Below, piece by piece: positions 1-9,359 of a stretch of DNA of 64,000 nucleotides (its first letter is position 1; each line of letters starts with the position of its first letter). Made by a program: the position numbers and the translations under genes. This stretch comes from a virus, in IMG/VR virus record IMGVR_UViG_3300009503_000022, positions 32,001-96,000 of that record. One strand, given 5' to 3'. The notes beneath the pieces are model-generated. The model was given only the letters and a program-made list of their open reading frames with translations, was not told the DNA's origin and searched no databases.

Positions 1-1267
1 TTTTATTATCTCTTATCATTAACAATATATCGTGAATTTTACTATCTTCTTTTTCGATATAATGACAATCATTAGTAATAACAGTTTTTATTCCAAGTTC
101 TTTTGCTAATTTACACAATAATTTATTAATAATAATCTGTTCTTTTAAATCTATTAATAACAACTCTATATACAAATCATCTCCGAATATTTGTTTATAA
201 TTTAATGCTATTTCTTTTGCCTTATCATAATTATTTTTTGATAACTCAGTAGATATCTCTCCACCTAAACAACTAGTTAAACAAATTAATCCTTCGGAAT
301 GTTTCTTTATAAATTCTATATCAGTTCTTGGCTTAAAATAAAATCCATTAATCCAAGCATCTGAAGAAATCTTAATTAAATTATTAAAACCTATTTTATT
401 TTTAACTAAAAGTATAATATGATTATTTTTTTTAAATAATTTATAATCTTCACTTTTAACATTATCCTTATATTCTAACTTATTACGATAATTATTTATA
501 TATAATTCGCATCCAAAAATAGGTTTTATTCCATATTTTTTTGCTTCAAAATATTGTCTTATCCATCCACCAATTTGACCATGATCTGTTATACTACATA
601 CATCTAACTTATTATTATAAGCAAATCTAACATATTCTTCAGGAGAACATAAACCATCTCTAATAGAATAAATACTATGACAATGTAATTGTACAAATTT
701 ATTCCTATTATTTTTTATTTCGTCAATTTTATCTTTTATATTTAAAAGTTGTTTAGAATATTCTTCTATTTTCATTTTTCCATAATTACAAAAACTTGGA
801 TGATAAATAGAATAATATAAAATACCTTTTTCTACTTTTAACTCATTATTTTCTTTTAATCCAAAATAATTAGAAGCAAATTTACCTACAGTTATTATTA
901 TTTTAGGCCTAACTATTTCTATTTCTCTTAATAAAAAATCTTTACAATTTTCTAATATATCATCTGAAGGCATAACATTATTCTTAGTAGAACATTTTAC
1001 AAGATTAGTTACATAAATATCTTCAAAATCTAAACCTACATTTTTTAACATAGATTCAAATATTGGTCTTATTTTATCATCTAAAAAAATTTTATTATTT
1101 ATTCCTCTATTATCTCGATAACAAGAAGGATTCTGTGCTATAAACATTATATCTGCTTTTTCATTTCCAGAATATTCTACTATTTCTTCATTTACTTTTA
1201 TAGATATTTTAATTTTACATTTTTTACAATTTCTACATTCTTCGTATATATTTTTAATATCATTCAT
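1..1267 (-). CDS. dnaE: Family-4-like uracil-DNA glycosylase fused to DNA polymerase III alpha (PHP domain); runs off the window edge
   Basis: Not in the ORF track; translated by hand from ATG 1267 (ATGA overlap with the upstream stop). UDG part: MNDIKNIYEECRNCKKC..ADIMFIAQNP..IYVTNLVKC..NCKDFLLREIEIVRPKIIITVG..IYHPSF. It continues in frame into FVQLHCHSIYSIRDG..SITDHG..GIKPIFGCELY (DnaE PHP). Confidence 0.9.
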   Translation of the reverse strand, partial: MNDIKNIYEECRNCKKCKIKISIKVNEEIVEYSGNEKADIMFIAQNPSCYRDNRGINNKIFLDDKIRPIFESMLKNVGLDFEDIYVTNLVKCSTKNNVMPSDDILENCKDFLLREIEIVRPKIIITVGKFASNYFGLKENNELKVEKGILYYSIYHPSFCNYGKMKIEEYSKQLLNIKDKIDEIKNNRNKFVQLHCHSIYSIRDGLCSPEEYVRFAYNNKLDVCSITDHGQIGGWIRQYFEAKKYGIKPIFGCELYINNYRNKLEYKDNVKSEDYKLFKKNNHIILLVKNKIGFNNLIKISSDAWINGFYFKPRTDIEFIKKHSEGLICLTSCLGGEISTELSKNNYDKAKEIALNYKQIFGDDLYIELLLIDLKEQIIINKLLCKLAKELGIKTVITNDCHYIEKEDSKIHDILLMIRDNK

Positions 1268-2010
1268 TTTTTTAAAAATATTTTAGGTCTATCATTCCAA
1301 AAACAAACTGGTAATTTATTACAATACATATTTATTTCTTTCAAAAATAACTTAGACATCTGTCTAGGACTATATACATTATTCGAATAATAATACTCTT
1401 TAAAATGACCATAAGCACAAAATTTAAACGTATTATTAATCACTAAATATTTATTACAAACATTTAATAATTGATGTAATAAATCTATAGGATATTCAAT
1501 ATGTTCAAACAATTCTAACAAAAAAATTACATCATATTTTCTTTCAAATACATCTTTTTCATTATTTAATATCTCTATATCATTATTTTTAATTTTATTA
1601 AAATATATTTTTTGTATAGAATTATCTAAATTATAATAATATACTTTTGAATTTTTAAAAAGATCACTTATTAAATTTGTAGTTAATCCAATTCCTACGC
1701 CATAATCTAATATAGATTTTATATCTTCATTTTTTAAAACACTATAAGTTTTTAATACAGTATCTTTAGAAAATCTAACAAAACATCTTAAAGCAGCATA
1801 TAAATAAATATCTTTAAAATATATACTAAAATCTTTATAACCATTACCTTTACACCAATAATCATCAATAGAATTTTCTAACTCTTCTACGTCTTTAATA
1901 CTCAAATTCTTATTTAAAAATATATTAATATTATTCAATAAGTCTTTATATTTATATTTATTTAAAATTTCGTTCATATTTATATCATTCATATTTATGT
2001 AATGATCCAA
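1264..2010 (-). CDS. Class I SAM-dependent methyltransferase
   Basis: ILDYGVGIG motif I and YDVIFLLELFEHIEYP; true start may be ATG 1992. Confidence 0.75.
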   Translation of the reverse strand: MDHYINMNDINMNEILNKYKYKDLLNNINIFLNKNLSIKDVEELENSIDDYWCKGNGYKDFSIYFKDIYLYAALRCFVRFSKDTVLKTYSVLKNEDIKSILDYGVGIGLTTNLISDLFKNSKVYYYNLDNSIQKIYFNKIKNNDIEILNNEKDVFERKYDVIFLLELFEHIEYPIDLLHQLLNVCNKYLVINNTFKFCAYGHFKEYYYSNNVYSPRQMSKLFLKEINMYCNKLPVCFWNDRPKIFLKK

Positions 2011-2449
2011 ATATACATATTATATCATTACAATATTTTATTTTTAAAGATTTAGACAAATCTTTTAAAATCCAACTAACTATAGACACATCTTGTTTTA
2101 ATTTCTTAATATCACAACTTCTCCAATAACTTATAACTCTAAGTTTTTTTGAATCAAATATAAATTGTAAAAATGAAATACACATATATATATTTTTCTC
2201 ATAATCTAAAAATCTCAAAACACATTGTCTAGTATCTATATTATTCTTCAAAAAATTTACTAAATAATTTTTATTTTTTAAATATTGCGATTTAATAGAT
2301 TTAAATTCTCTTTTATCACCAACTACTTTATTAATAAGTTTTAATTTCGTACTATATCCTATAATTTCTTTAGTTAATAAATTATTCCTATATATATTAT
2401 TACCATAAAGTTCTAAATCATTATAAATAGATATATAATCTTTTTTCAT
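1985..2449 (-). CDS. Short thymidylate synthase / dCMP-modifying enzyme homolog
   Basis: DTRQCV, catalytic C-I-S-F-L-Q-F, YWRSCD and GSLHKYE motifs of the TS fold; only 154 aa. Confidence 0.75.
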   Translation of the reverse strand: MKKDYISIYNDLELYGNNIYRNNLLTKEIIGYSTKLKLINKVVGDKREFKSIKSQYLKNKNYLVNFLKNNIDTRQCVLRFLDYEKNIYMCISFLQFIFDSKKLRVISYWRSCDIKKLKQDVSIVSWILKDLSKSLKIKYCNDIICIFGSLHKYE

Positions 2450-2455
2450 AATCTA

Positions 2456-2980
2456 TTATCCTATTATTTTATCTAAAATAGTTCTTAATTGACGCTTAGA
2501 ATAAGATAAATCATACGAATTATCAATAAAATACATCTTATCTTTATTTTTTTGATAATACATATTATAAGCATCATATAATTTATTATATATATTTATA
2601 TCGTTAATATTATGATCTTTTCTATTATAATATCTATTTAATAATACTTGACGATCAACATATATGTACAAATATATTATATTCTTAAATCTATAACTAT
2701 TAATATAAGAAATATCAGATTTTCTCTTAAATATTTTATGGTATATCACAAATGTAGGTATAAATCTATCTAATATTATATTTACATTAGCCCTATCTAT
2801 ATGTTTTAATAAATTAATTTCATTAATTTCTATAATATGTTGTAAATTCATCATATTTTCCCATTCTTTTTTATTAGTATATTTATATCTATTATATATA
2901 GGAATATTATATTTTCTACTTACATAATTAGCTAAAGTTGTTTTACCACAACAATCTATGCCTTCAAATACTATTATCAT
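2456..2980 (-). CDS. dNMP (thymidylate-like) kinase
   Basis: IIVFEGIDCCGKTT P-loop and IILDRF motif. Confidence 0.85.
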   Translation of the reverse strand: MIIVFEGIDCCGKTTLANYVSRKYNIPIYNRYKYTNKKEWENMMNLQHIIEINEINLLKHIDRANVNIILDRFIPTFVIYHKIFKRKSDISYINSYRFKNIIYLYIYVDRQVLLNRYYNRKDHNINDINIYNKLYDAYNMYYQKNKDKMYFIDNSYDLSYSKRQLRTILDKIIG

Positions 2981-3882
2981 TTTTCAAATCCTATAATATC
3001 TTTTAATGAATTTATTCTTATAATGTTCGTATTTATATATCCCTGATTATATTCATTATTCAATAAAAATACTCTATATCCTAAATTAGCTAAACTATTA
3101 GCATAATTCAAATCATCTTCTATTATAAAATTTGCTTGAGGTAAAATTTTAACAATCTTATCTGATTTATCTTCATCGAAAAACAATGCATCGCATTTTA
3201 AATTATTCTTATTAATCCAATACAACGTATCATAAAAAATTCTAACATATTTCTTATATGGTCTAGCACTTAATAAAACTATCTTATAACCTTTACTACT
3301 TAAATAATCTAACAACTCCTTTGCATAAGGCATTAATTCTAATTCTCTTTTAATTCCAGAAATTCTATATTTATGTTTCAAATCTTTATAATTTCGTAAT
3401 TTATGCAATTCGTCAAATTTATAATTTGCATTTAATTCTTTATTTACAAAATCAACAATCGCTTTATGATAATTTGCCAAAACTCCATCTATATCTACTA
3501 TACAAATTTTTTGTTCATCTTTAAGTAAATTTAATTTAATTTCTTGTTTCCATCTTTGGTATACAACTTCAGATTTATCTTTAAATTTTTGCTTAAAATC
3601 TTCAAATGAAAAACCCCATATTTGAAATAATCCTAAAAGAAACTTTTGACAATCAACCAATTCCTCTAATAAATTATCTAATATAACCTCTTTTTCTTCT
3701 TTGCGATGCATCTTCCAATTAATACTATTTAATACTTCAATTGTTTCAGATATAATACTCAAAATAATTTCTTTAGTCCAATATTGTTTTTGCTCTATAC
3801 TAAATTCATCCATACTAGTTCCACGATACTTATAAAATTCTTCATTAAACTTTTTTTGTATTTCCCAAATCTCATTATCCAT
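2977..3882 (-). CDS. Dimeric dUTPase/MazG-like NTP pyrophosphatase fused to a HAD 5'-nucleotidase
   Basis: N-term ETIEVLNSINWKMH..LEELVDCQKF; C-term VDIDGVLA, LLSAR, IIEDD. Confidence 0.8.
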   Translation of the reverse strand: MDNEIWEIQKKFNEEFYKYRGTSMDEFSIEQKQYWTKEIILSIISETIEVLNSINWKMHRKEEKEVILDNLLEELVDCQKFLLGLFQIWGFSFEDFKQKFKDKSEVVYQRWKQEIKLNLLKDEQKICIVDIDGVLANYHKAIVDFVNKELNANYKFDELHKLRNYKDLKHKYRISGIKRELELMPYAKELLDYLSSKGYKIVLLSARPYKKYVRIFYDTLYWINKNNLKCDALFFDEDKSDKIVKILPQANFIIEDDLNYANSLANLGYRVFLLNNEYNQGYINTNIIRINSLKDIIGFEK

Positions 3883-3885
3883 ATT

Positions 3886-4773
3886 TTATATTCCTTTACT
3901 AATATCTATAGACTTTTTTATAACTTGATTTATTCTAATATTATGTTTCCACTCTGCATATCGTCCTAAATATATTATATCAGGGTTTTCTATTAATTTT
4001 AAATTTTCATTTATTATTTTTCCATATTTTTCAATATAAAATGCAATATAAGATTTATGCAAATAATCATTATATTTATCAAAATCATCACCTAAAAATT
4101 CTATAACAGAAATTTTATCATTTATTCTTGTTACTCTATAAAAAGGTATAATATTATCTATAAAATAAACAAAATCATATTTTTTTGGAAAAATTAAATT
4201 TATTACAAAAAATGAAATTGGTTTATAATAAGAAAATTCATTTTCGATAAATGTATTTGTTAATTTAATAAATACTATAGCGGGAATAGTAGAAACAATT
4301 TTATCGTATTTAAACGTTGTAGATTTTGTATATATCAATTTATTATTAATATCTATTGAAATAATATCATCTATAATTATATCTTTTTCGAATTTCTTAT
4401 AAAAAAATTCTATTAATTTTTCATAATCAAATTTCCAATATCTAAAAGTACTTTTACCACTATTCATTATCCCGTCGATATTTACATCTCTACTTGTTTT
4501 CTTAATATAATCTTTTATTACAGAATCATTAAGTTTATCATGAAAATCACCATTATAATAATATCCTATATTACATACAGATCGATGAAATTTAACAAAT
4601 CTACCAATATCTCTAACAAATCTATTAGAATATTTATCTAAATGCAAATATCGGGGACCTAATTGAAAATTCGATCTTAACTGGCCCCCGACATCTTTTG
4701 TTATTATTTTATATTCTGGGTTATAAAACTTAAATATTAACCCAGCAATACCACCACCTAAAATATATTTCAT
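3886..4773 (-). CDS. FAD-dependent oxidoreductase (UDP-galactopyranose mutase / protoporphyrinogen oxidase-like)
   Basis: ILGGGIAGL dinucleotide motif, VGG, GPRYLH, YDKIVSTIP, YLGRYAEWKH. Confidence 0.75.
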   Translation of the reverse strand: MKYILGGGIAGLIFKFYNPEYKIITKDVGGQLRSNFQLGPRYLHLDKYSNRFVRDIGRFVKFHRSVCNIGYYYNGDFHDKLNDSVIKDYIKKTSRDVNIDGIMNSGKSTFRYWKFDYEKLIEFFYKKFEKDIIIDDIISIDINNKLIYTKSTTFKYDKIVSTIPAIVFIKLTNTFIENEFSYYKPISFFVINLIFPKKYDFVYFIDNIIPFYRVTRINDKISVIEFLGDDFDKYNDYLHKSYIAFYIEKYGKIINENLKLIENPDIIYLGRYAEWKHNIRINQVIKKSIDISKGI

Positions 4774-5783
4774 TTTTCAACCTTAATAGAATATTTTTCA
4801 CCATCTTTTATTATCTGAGCATTTTTTGGTTTATATTTATCTACATTTAAAATATAATGAATACGTTTTTTAATATAATTTTTATCATAATCGTACATTT
4901 TAGTATTAATAATTTTTTCAGCTACTTCATCTATTGTATATAAACCTTCACTAAAAATAGAAACTATAGTTTTAGATAAAGGTTTTCTCTTTACCTCGTT
5001 TGTTTTATTTTCGGTCATATTTACCTCCTTTTCATTTGTTTCAGTTAATTCATAATCAGGCGGAATTTTACATTCATCTATATATTTATTATCTAAACGT
5101 TTAAATATAAGCTCACCTCCTATATTAGATTTTAACGTTACTTTAGCTCCTTTCTTGGTCAAATATATTACGCCCATTTTAGCATCTTTTGCTAACACTT
5201 TATTCATATTATCTCCTCCTTTTATTATTATATTATATAATATATCACGAAATTTTCTCTTTTTTAACATACTAATCGACGCTTTGCTTCTTCTTATTCC
5301 AAATTGCGTTTTTAAACAATATTGTATATCTTTTAATTTATAACCCTCTAATCTTAACTTAAAAATATATGCCTCTATATCACTAAGACGTTTCGATATA
5401 AATTCTATAAGTTCATCATATTCTATTTTATCTATAATATCAGAATCAGATACAACTATTTTATCAAAAACTTCTTTACGAACATTTTTCCAATATGCGT
5501 GCGTTTTAACATCCTCGTCAAAATTTTTATCATCATTTTGATCTAAAGATTCAAAACATTTACTTTGATCATAAAGTTGTTTATATCTTCGGCGTAAACA
5601 AAAAGTGAGAAATGTTGAATATTTTGATATTTTAGAATTATACTTCTTATTTTTATATAATTCCCAACATTTTATCCTACCTTCTTGAACTAAATCTTCA
5701 AACGAATATCCTGGTATATTATAATTTTTAGCAATTGATTTTATCAATGGTTCTTCTTGTTTTAATAATTCTTCAAATGTCAT
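4770..5783 (-). CDS. Sigma-70 family factor with a C-terminal extension (possible winged helix)
   Basis: FEDLVQEGRI (region 2), KYSTFL, LSDIEAYIFKLRLEGYKLKDI (region 4); two internal in-frame SD+ATG at 5207 and 5018. Confidence 0.8.
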   Translation of the reverse strand: MTFEELLKQEEPLIKSIAKNYNIPGYSFEDLVQEGRIKCWELYKNKKYNSKISKYSTFLTFCLRRRYKQLYDQSKCFESLDQNDDKNFDEDVKTHAYWKNVRKEVFDKIVVSDSDIIDKIEYDELIEFISKRLSDIEAYIFKLRLEGYKLKDIQYCLKTQFGIRRSKASISMLKKRKFRDILYNIIIKGGDNMNKVLAKDAKMGVIYLTKKGAKVTLKSNIGGELIFKRLDNKYIDECKIPPDYELTETNEKEVNMTENKTNEVKRKPLSKTIVSIFSEGLYTIDEVAEKIINTKMYDYDKNYIKKRIHYILNVDKYKPKNAQIIKDGEKYSIKVEK

Positions 5784-5818
5784 AATACCTCCTCTCAGTA
5801 AGATTTTTTCCTATATAT

Positions 5819-5827
5819 ATTATAACA
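5819..5827 (-). promoter_or_regulatory. Extended -10 promoter (TGTTATAAT) upstream of the sigma gene
   Basis: Perfect TGnTATAAT in the intergenic gap, followed by SD GAGGAGG; such motifs can arise by chance in AT-rich DNA. Confidence 0.5.
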
Positions 5828-5849
5828 AAAAATGCGTAAAAATTAATAC

Positions 5850-6797
5850 CTATTTTATTATCTCCTTATTCTTATAAGATACTTTTAATTCTAAACGACT
5901 ACATTCATCAGGATCTTTACCTTCTGGCAATTTCATTATATATATATTATCAAAATAATATTTTAATTTACTAGCAAATTTTAACGATGCTTTATAACCC
6001 CAATTTTCTTTTTTATTAGAATCATTATCAAAACAAAAAACAATATTTCTTACATTTTTATCTATAAGCAATTTAATTTGCTCATTACTAATAGATATAC
6101 CAAAAATACATAAAGCATTTTTAAATCCTTTTTCCCATAAAGACATTGCATCAAACGGACCTTCAACTAATATTACTTCTTTATTTTTAATAAATCTTTT
6201 AGAAAAATCTAAATTATCATAATTAAATAAAGTTTCTTTAACCTTAAAATTTAACGGAAAAATATAAGGTTTTTCTAGACTATTAGAATAATCTCTAGCA
6301 ACAAATCCTTTTATTTTTTTCTTTAATATGATAGGTATTATTATTCTATTTTTAAAATATCCTTCTTCACATTTACCTAATTTAAAAAATTTAATAGTTT
6401 TCCATTCTAATCTATTCAATAAATATTTTGGACAATCTTTTATACTTTCTATCTTTTTAAATTCTTTCGGTAATTCAATAATAACATCATTTCTTTTCTT
6501 TTCTTTTATATGTTTCTTTTCTATTAAATTTATCCTAAAAAATTTCTGTTCGCCATATATTATTTTTCTAGCTTCATCAAAACTACAATTTCTTAATTTA
6601 GCTACAAAGCTAACTATACTTCTACCACCAATTTCTTCAGTAAAACAATGCCATTTACCATTATATTTATTTATAGAAAATGATACTTTTTCATCATCAT
6701 GAAATGGACAATAACAACCAATTTCTTTATTATTTTCGTATGCTATTTTAACTTTAAATCTTTCTAAAATATTATGTATAAGCTCATCTTGTCTCAT
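5850..6797 (-). CDS. dnaG: DNA primase (CHC2 zinc finger + TOPRIM)
   Basis: CPFHDD..WHCF, RIIIP, ILVEGPFDAM, FCFDND, KDPD. Confidence 0.92.
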   Translation of the reverse strand: MRQDELIHNILERFKVKIAYENNKEIGCYCPFHDDEKVSFSINKYNGKWHCFTEEIGGRSIVSFVAKLRNCSFDEARKIIYGEQKFFRINLIEKKHIKEKKRNDVIIELPKEFKKIESIKDCPKYLLNRLEWKTIKFFKLGKCEEGYFKNRIIIPIILKKKIKGFVARDYSNSLEKPYIFPLNFKVKETLFNYDNLDFSKRFIKNKEVILVEGPFDAMSLWEKGFKNALCIFGISISNEQIKLLIDKNVRNIVFCFDNDSNKKENWGYKASLKFASKLKYYFDNIYIMKLPEGKDPDECSRLELKVSYKNKEIIK

Positions 6798-6798
6798 C

Positions 6799-8196
6799 TT
6801 AAAAATCTTCTACTTTCATTCGTGAAAACATTTGTTTAATCGGTATAATACTCTCTTCAGTATGTCTATGCTTAGTCAATTCTAATCTAATTCTTCCTAA
6901 AATTTTATCTTCTTCATTTACTTTAAAACCAATTAAATAATCAGCTTCTTCAGCTAACATTCTAGCATATTTAATATGCTCTGTTGTAATCTTTTCTCCA
7001 GGTTTTACAACACCTAATTGTGCCGCTGTTAATATTGTTATATTATAATTTCTAGCCAAACCTTTGAGTTGTCTAGCAATCATACCTAAATCTCGCCAAT
7101 AATCCTTTGTACGAAAATCAGGCTCCATTCTATTTAAATGATCAATTATAATTAAAGGACAATCGTGCTTCTTCAAAATATTCTTAATCTCCAATTCAAT
7201 TAACTTTACAGTACATCCTCTTGGAATATCATATATATAAAATTTTTCTTTTCTCATTTTAAATTTATTTTGTATTTCTTTATCTAATTCACAAATATCT
7301 ATTTTATTTATATCTATATCCTTAAACCATTTTTTAAATTTCTCTTTATCTTCTTTATCTATTAATCTTAAACATATTTTTTTATAATATTCTCTCTTTT
7401 CTTCATAAGTCAATAATTGATTTCTAATTTTATGATAATTAATACCCGTAACTAATGAATGATATCGTTCAATCTCTTGCTCATAAGACATCTCTAATAC
7501 AAACAATGCTACATTTATTTTAGAAATTTTATTCGCATTTTCTCCAAAATTTAATAAAAGAGCAGATTTTCCTTCACCAGTAACTGCACTTATAATTATC
7601 AATTCCCCTGGACGCCAACCACCTGTTAATTCATCTAATTTTTTTATACCTGTCAATATACCTTTAACAGAATTCGTTTTTTGATCATAATACTTTAATC
7701 TTTCTGCTAACATACTATTAATTTCGAATTTTCTAAAATTCTGAATCTCAATCATTTTTTTAGTTGAAAAAATAATATCTTCAATATTATCATACGCTTT
7801 ATGTATATCAGAAATATTTTTAACATTAGTATTTAATGTTATTATTAATCGACGACTTAAATATAAATATAATAATTTATCTAATATAAAATTAAATTCT
7901 TCAGGATTTATTTGCTTATTTTTCAATTGTTTAATAAATAACATTATATCTTGAAATTTAGATTGATCGTCAGAATAAATATCAGAAAAGATATTTTCGA
8001 GAATATTTAAAGTAGGAAATGTTAAATATCTACAATAATATTTTTTAATATGAGAAAATACCTCTTTACATTTTTCGTCAGAAAATACATTATCATCTAT
8101 TATTCTATCAATCGCTATTTTTATATATTTCTCATCATTAAGTATAAAAGATAACAAATCCTTTTCTAATGATAAATCACTTAATATTAGATCCAT
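6799..8196 (-). CDS. dnaB: Replicative DnaB-like helicase
   Basis: TGIKKLDELTGG..GELIIISAVTGEGKS, LEMS, IIIDH, LKGLAR..AAQL. Confidence 0.92.
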   Translation of the reverse strand: MDLILSDLSLEKDLLSFILNDEKYIKIAIDRIIDDNVFSDEKCKEVFSHIKKYYCRYLTFPTLNILENIFSDIYSDDQSKFQDIMLFIKQLKNKQINPEEFNFILDKLLYLYLSRRLIITLNTNVKNISDIHKAYDNIEDIIFSTKKMIEIQNFRKFEINSMLAERLKYYDQKTNSVKGILTGIKKLDELTGGWRPGELIIISAVTGEGKSALLLNFGENANKISKINVALFVLEMSYEQEIERYHSLVTGINYHKIRNQLLTYEEKREYYKKICLRLIDKEDKEKFKKWFKDIDINKIDICELDKEIQNKFKMRKEKFYIYDIPRGCTVKLIELEIKNILKKHDCPLIIIDHLNRMEPDFRTKDYWRDLGMIARQLKGLARNYNITILTAAQLGVVKPGEKITTEHIKYARMLAEEADYLIGFKVNEEDKILGRIRLELTKHRHTEESIIPIKQMFSRMKVEDF

Positions 8197-8410
8197 CGAT
8201 AATCCCCAAATATTTATGATTTAAATACTTTGAATATATAATTTTTCTACATTCTCTACAACGAATAATATTTTTATCATCGCCTCTATTATAAGTATTA
8301 CTATATCTAATCTTCATACCTGGATAAGGTTTTTCCTTATAATAAAATGCTATCTTATTACAATATGGACATATTTGATAATATATTACTTTTTTATTTT
8401 TTTTAACCAA
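8177..8410 (-). CDS. Small zinc-ribbon protein
   Basis: CPYC and CREC pairs. Confidence 0.55.
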   Translation of the reverse strand: MVKKNKKVIYYQICPYCNKIAFYYKEKPYPGMKIRYSNTYNRGDDKNIIRCRECRKIIYSKYLNHKYLGIIDGSNIK

Positions 8411-8428
8411 AATATTTCACCTCTTTTA

Positions 8429-9349
8429 TTAATTATAAATTTCTTCCCAACCTTCTACTCTTTCGAGCATATTCAAAAATGTTTGATCCCAATGACCTTT
8501 ACCTGATATATCCATTTTATCTTGAATCCTCTTATCGTCAATTAAATATCTCATATAAATATTAATTTCAGGATCTAATGCCCAACGATTCATTTTTGGA
8601 TTCCACAACCCCAATTTATACAATTTATCAAAACACCATTTCAAATTACAATCATTTACTTGTTGCCATCCCCAATCTTTAGTTGTTTTAATTAATCTAT
8701 GTTCATTTCCTTTTATACTCTTAACTCTCGTTCCATTATTACCAATATAACCTCTTTCGTCTTTTGCATATTCAATCCCATTAACACCATACCAATTTAC
8801 TATCTTATTTTCGTTATTCTTAATCTCTTTATATCTTGTACCATCATTACATATATATCCATTCCTATCTTTTGCATAATTTTGATGAACTAAATCAGGA
8901 TTAAAATTACTTTCTACAGGTTGTTGAGCTAAACTTCTTAATGCACACTCTCTAATAGTTTTTCCATAAAATCTCAACTCACCCTTTTGCTTCAAAATTT
9001 CAGCACAACTAAAAGATAATCTTATAGCTAATTCAACATTAGCCTCGTCTTTATCGTTCATTTTCATTCCCCAAGCAGCATATCTACCTAAAATTCTATT
9101 TTTTAAATTCATAAAATAAACTCTTTTTTTATCTAATTTATTTTGTTCAATCTTAACTTTTAAATTTTCTAATTCTTTTTGAGCATTATCTAACGTTTCA
9201 TTTAAAACATTAATTTTATCTAATTCATAACTATATCTATTTTTTAAATTCTCTATATCATTTTTTATCTTAATAGAATATCTAATAATTATCATAGAAA
9301 TCAATATCGATATTGATATTATAATAATTACACGAGATTTTAATTTCAA
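8429..9349 (-). CDS. Membrane-anchored lytic transglycosylase (SLT)-like protein
   Basis: Likely TTG start at 9349 after AAGGAGG; N-terminal TM helix, coiled coil, VESNFNP, DWGWQQVN, LDPEINI motifs. Confidence 0.6.
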   Translation of the reverse strand: MKLKSRVIIIISISILISMIIIRYSIKIKNDIENLKNRYSYELDKINVLNETLDNAQKELENLKVKIEQNKLDKKRVYFMNLKNRILGRYAAWGMKMNDKDEANVELAIRLSFSCAEILKQKGELRFYGKTIRECALRSLAQQPVESNFNPDLVHQNYAKDRNGYICNDGTRYKEIKNNENKIVNWYGVNGIEYAKDERGYIGNNGTRVKSIKGNEHRLIKTTKDWGWQQVNDCNLKWCFDKLYKLGLWNPKMNRWALDPEINIYMRYLIDDKRIQDKMDISGKGHWDQTFLNMLERVEGWEEIYN

Positions 9350-9359
9350 AGAACCTCCT

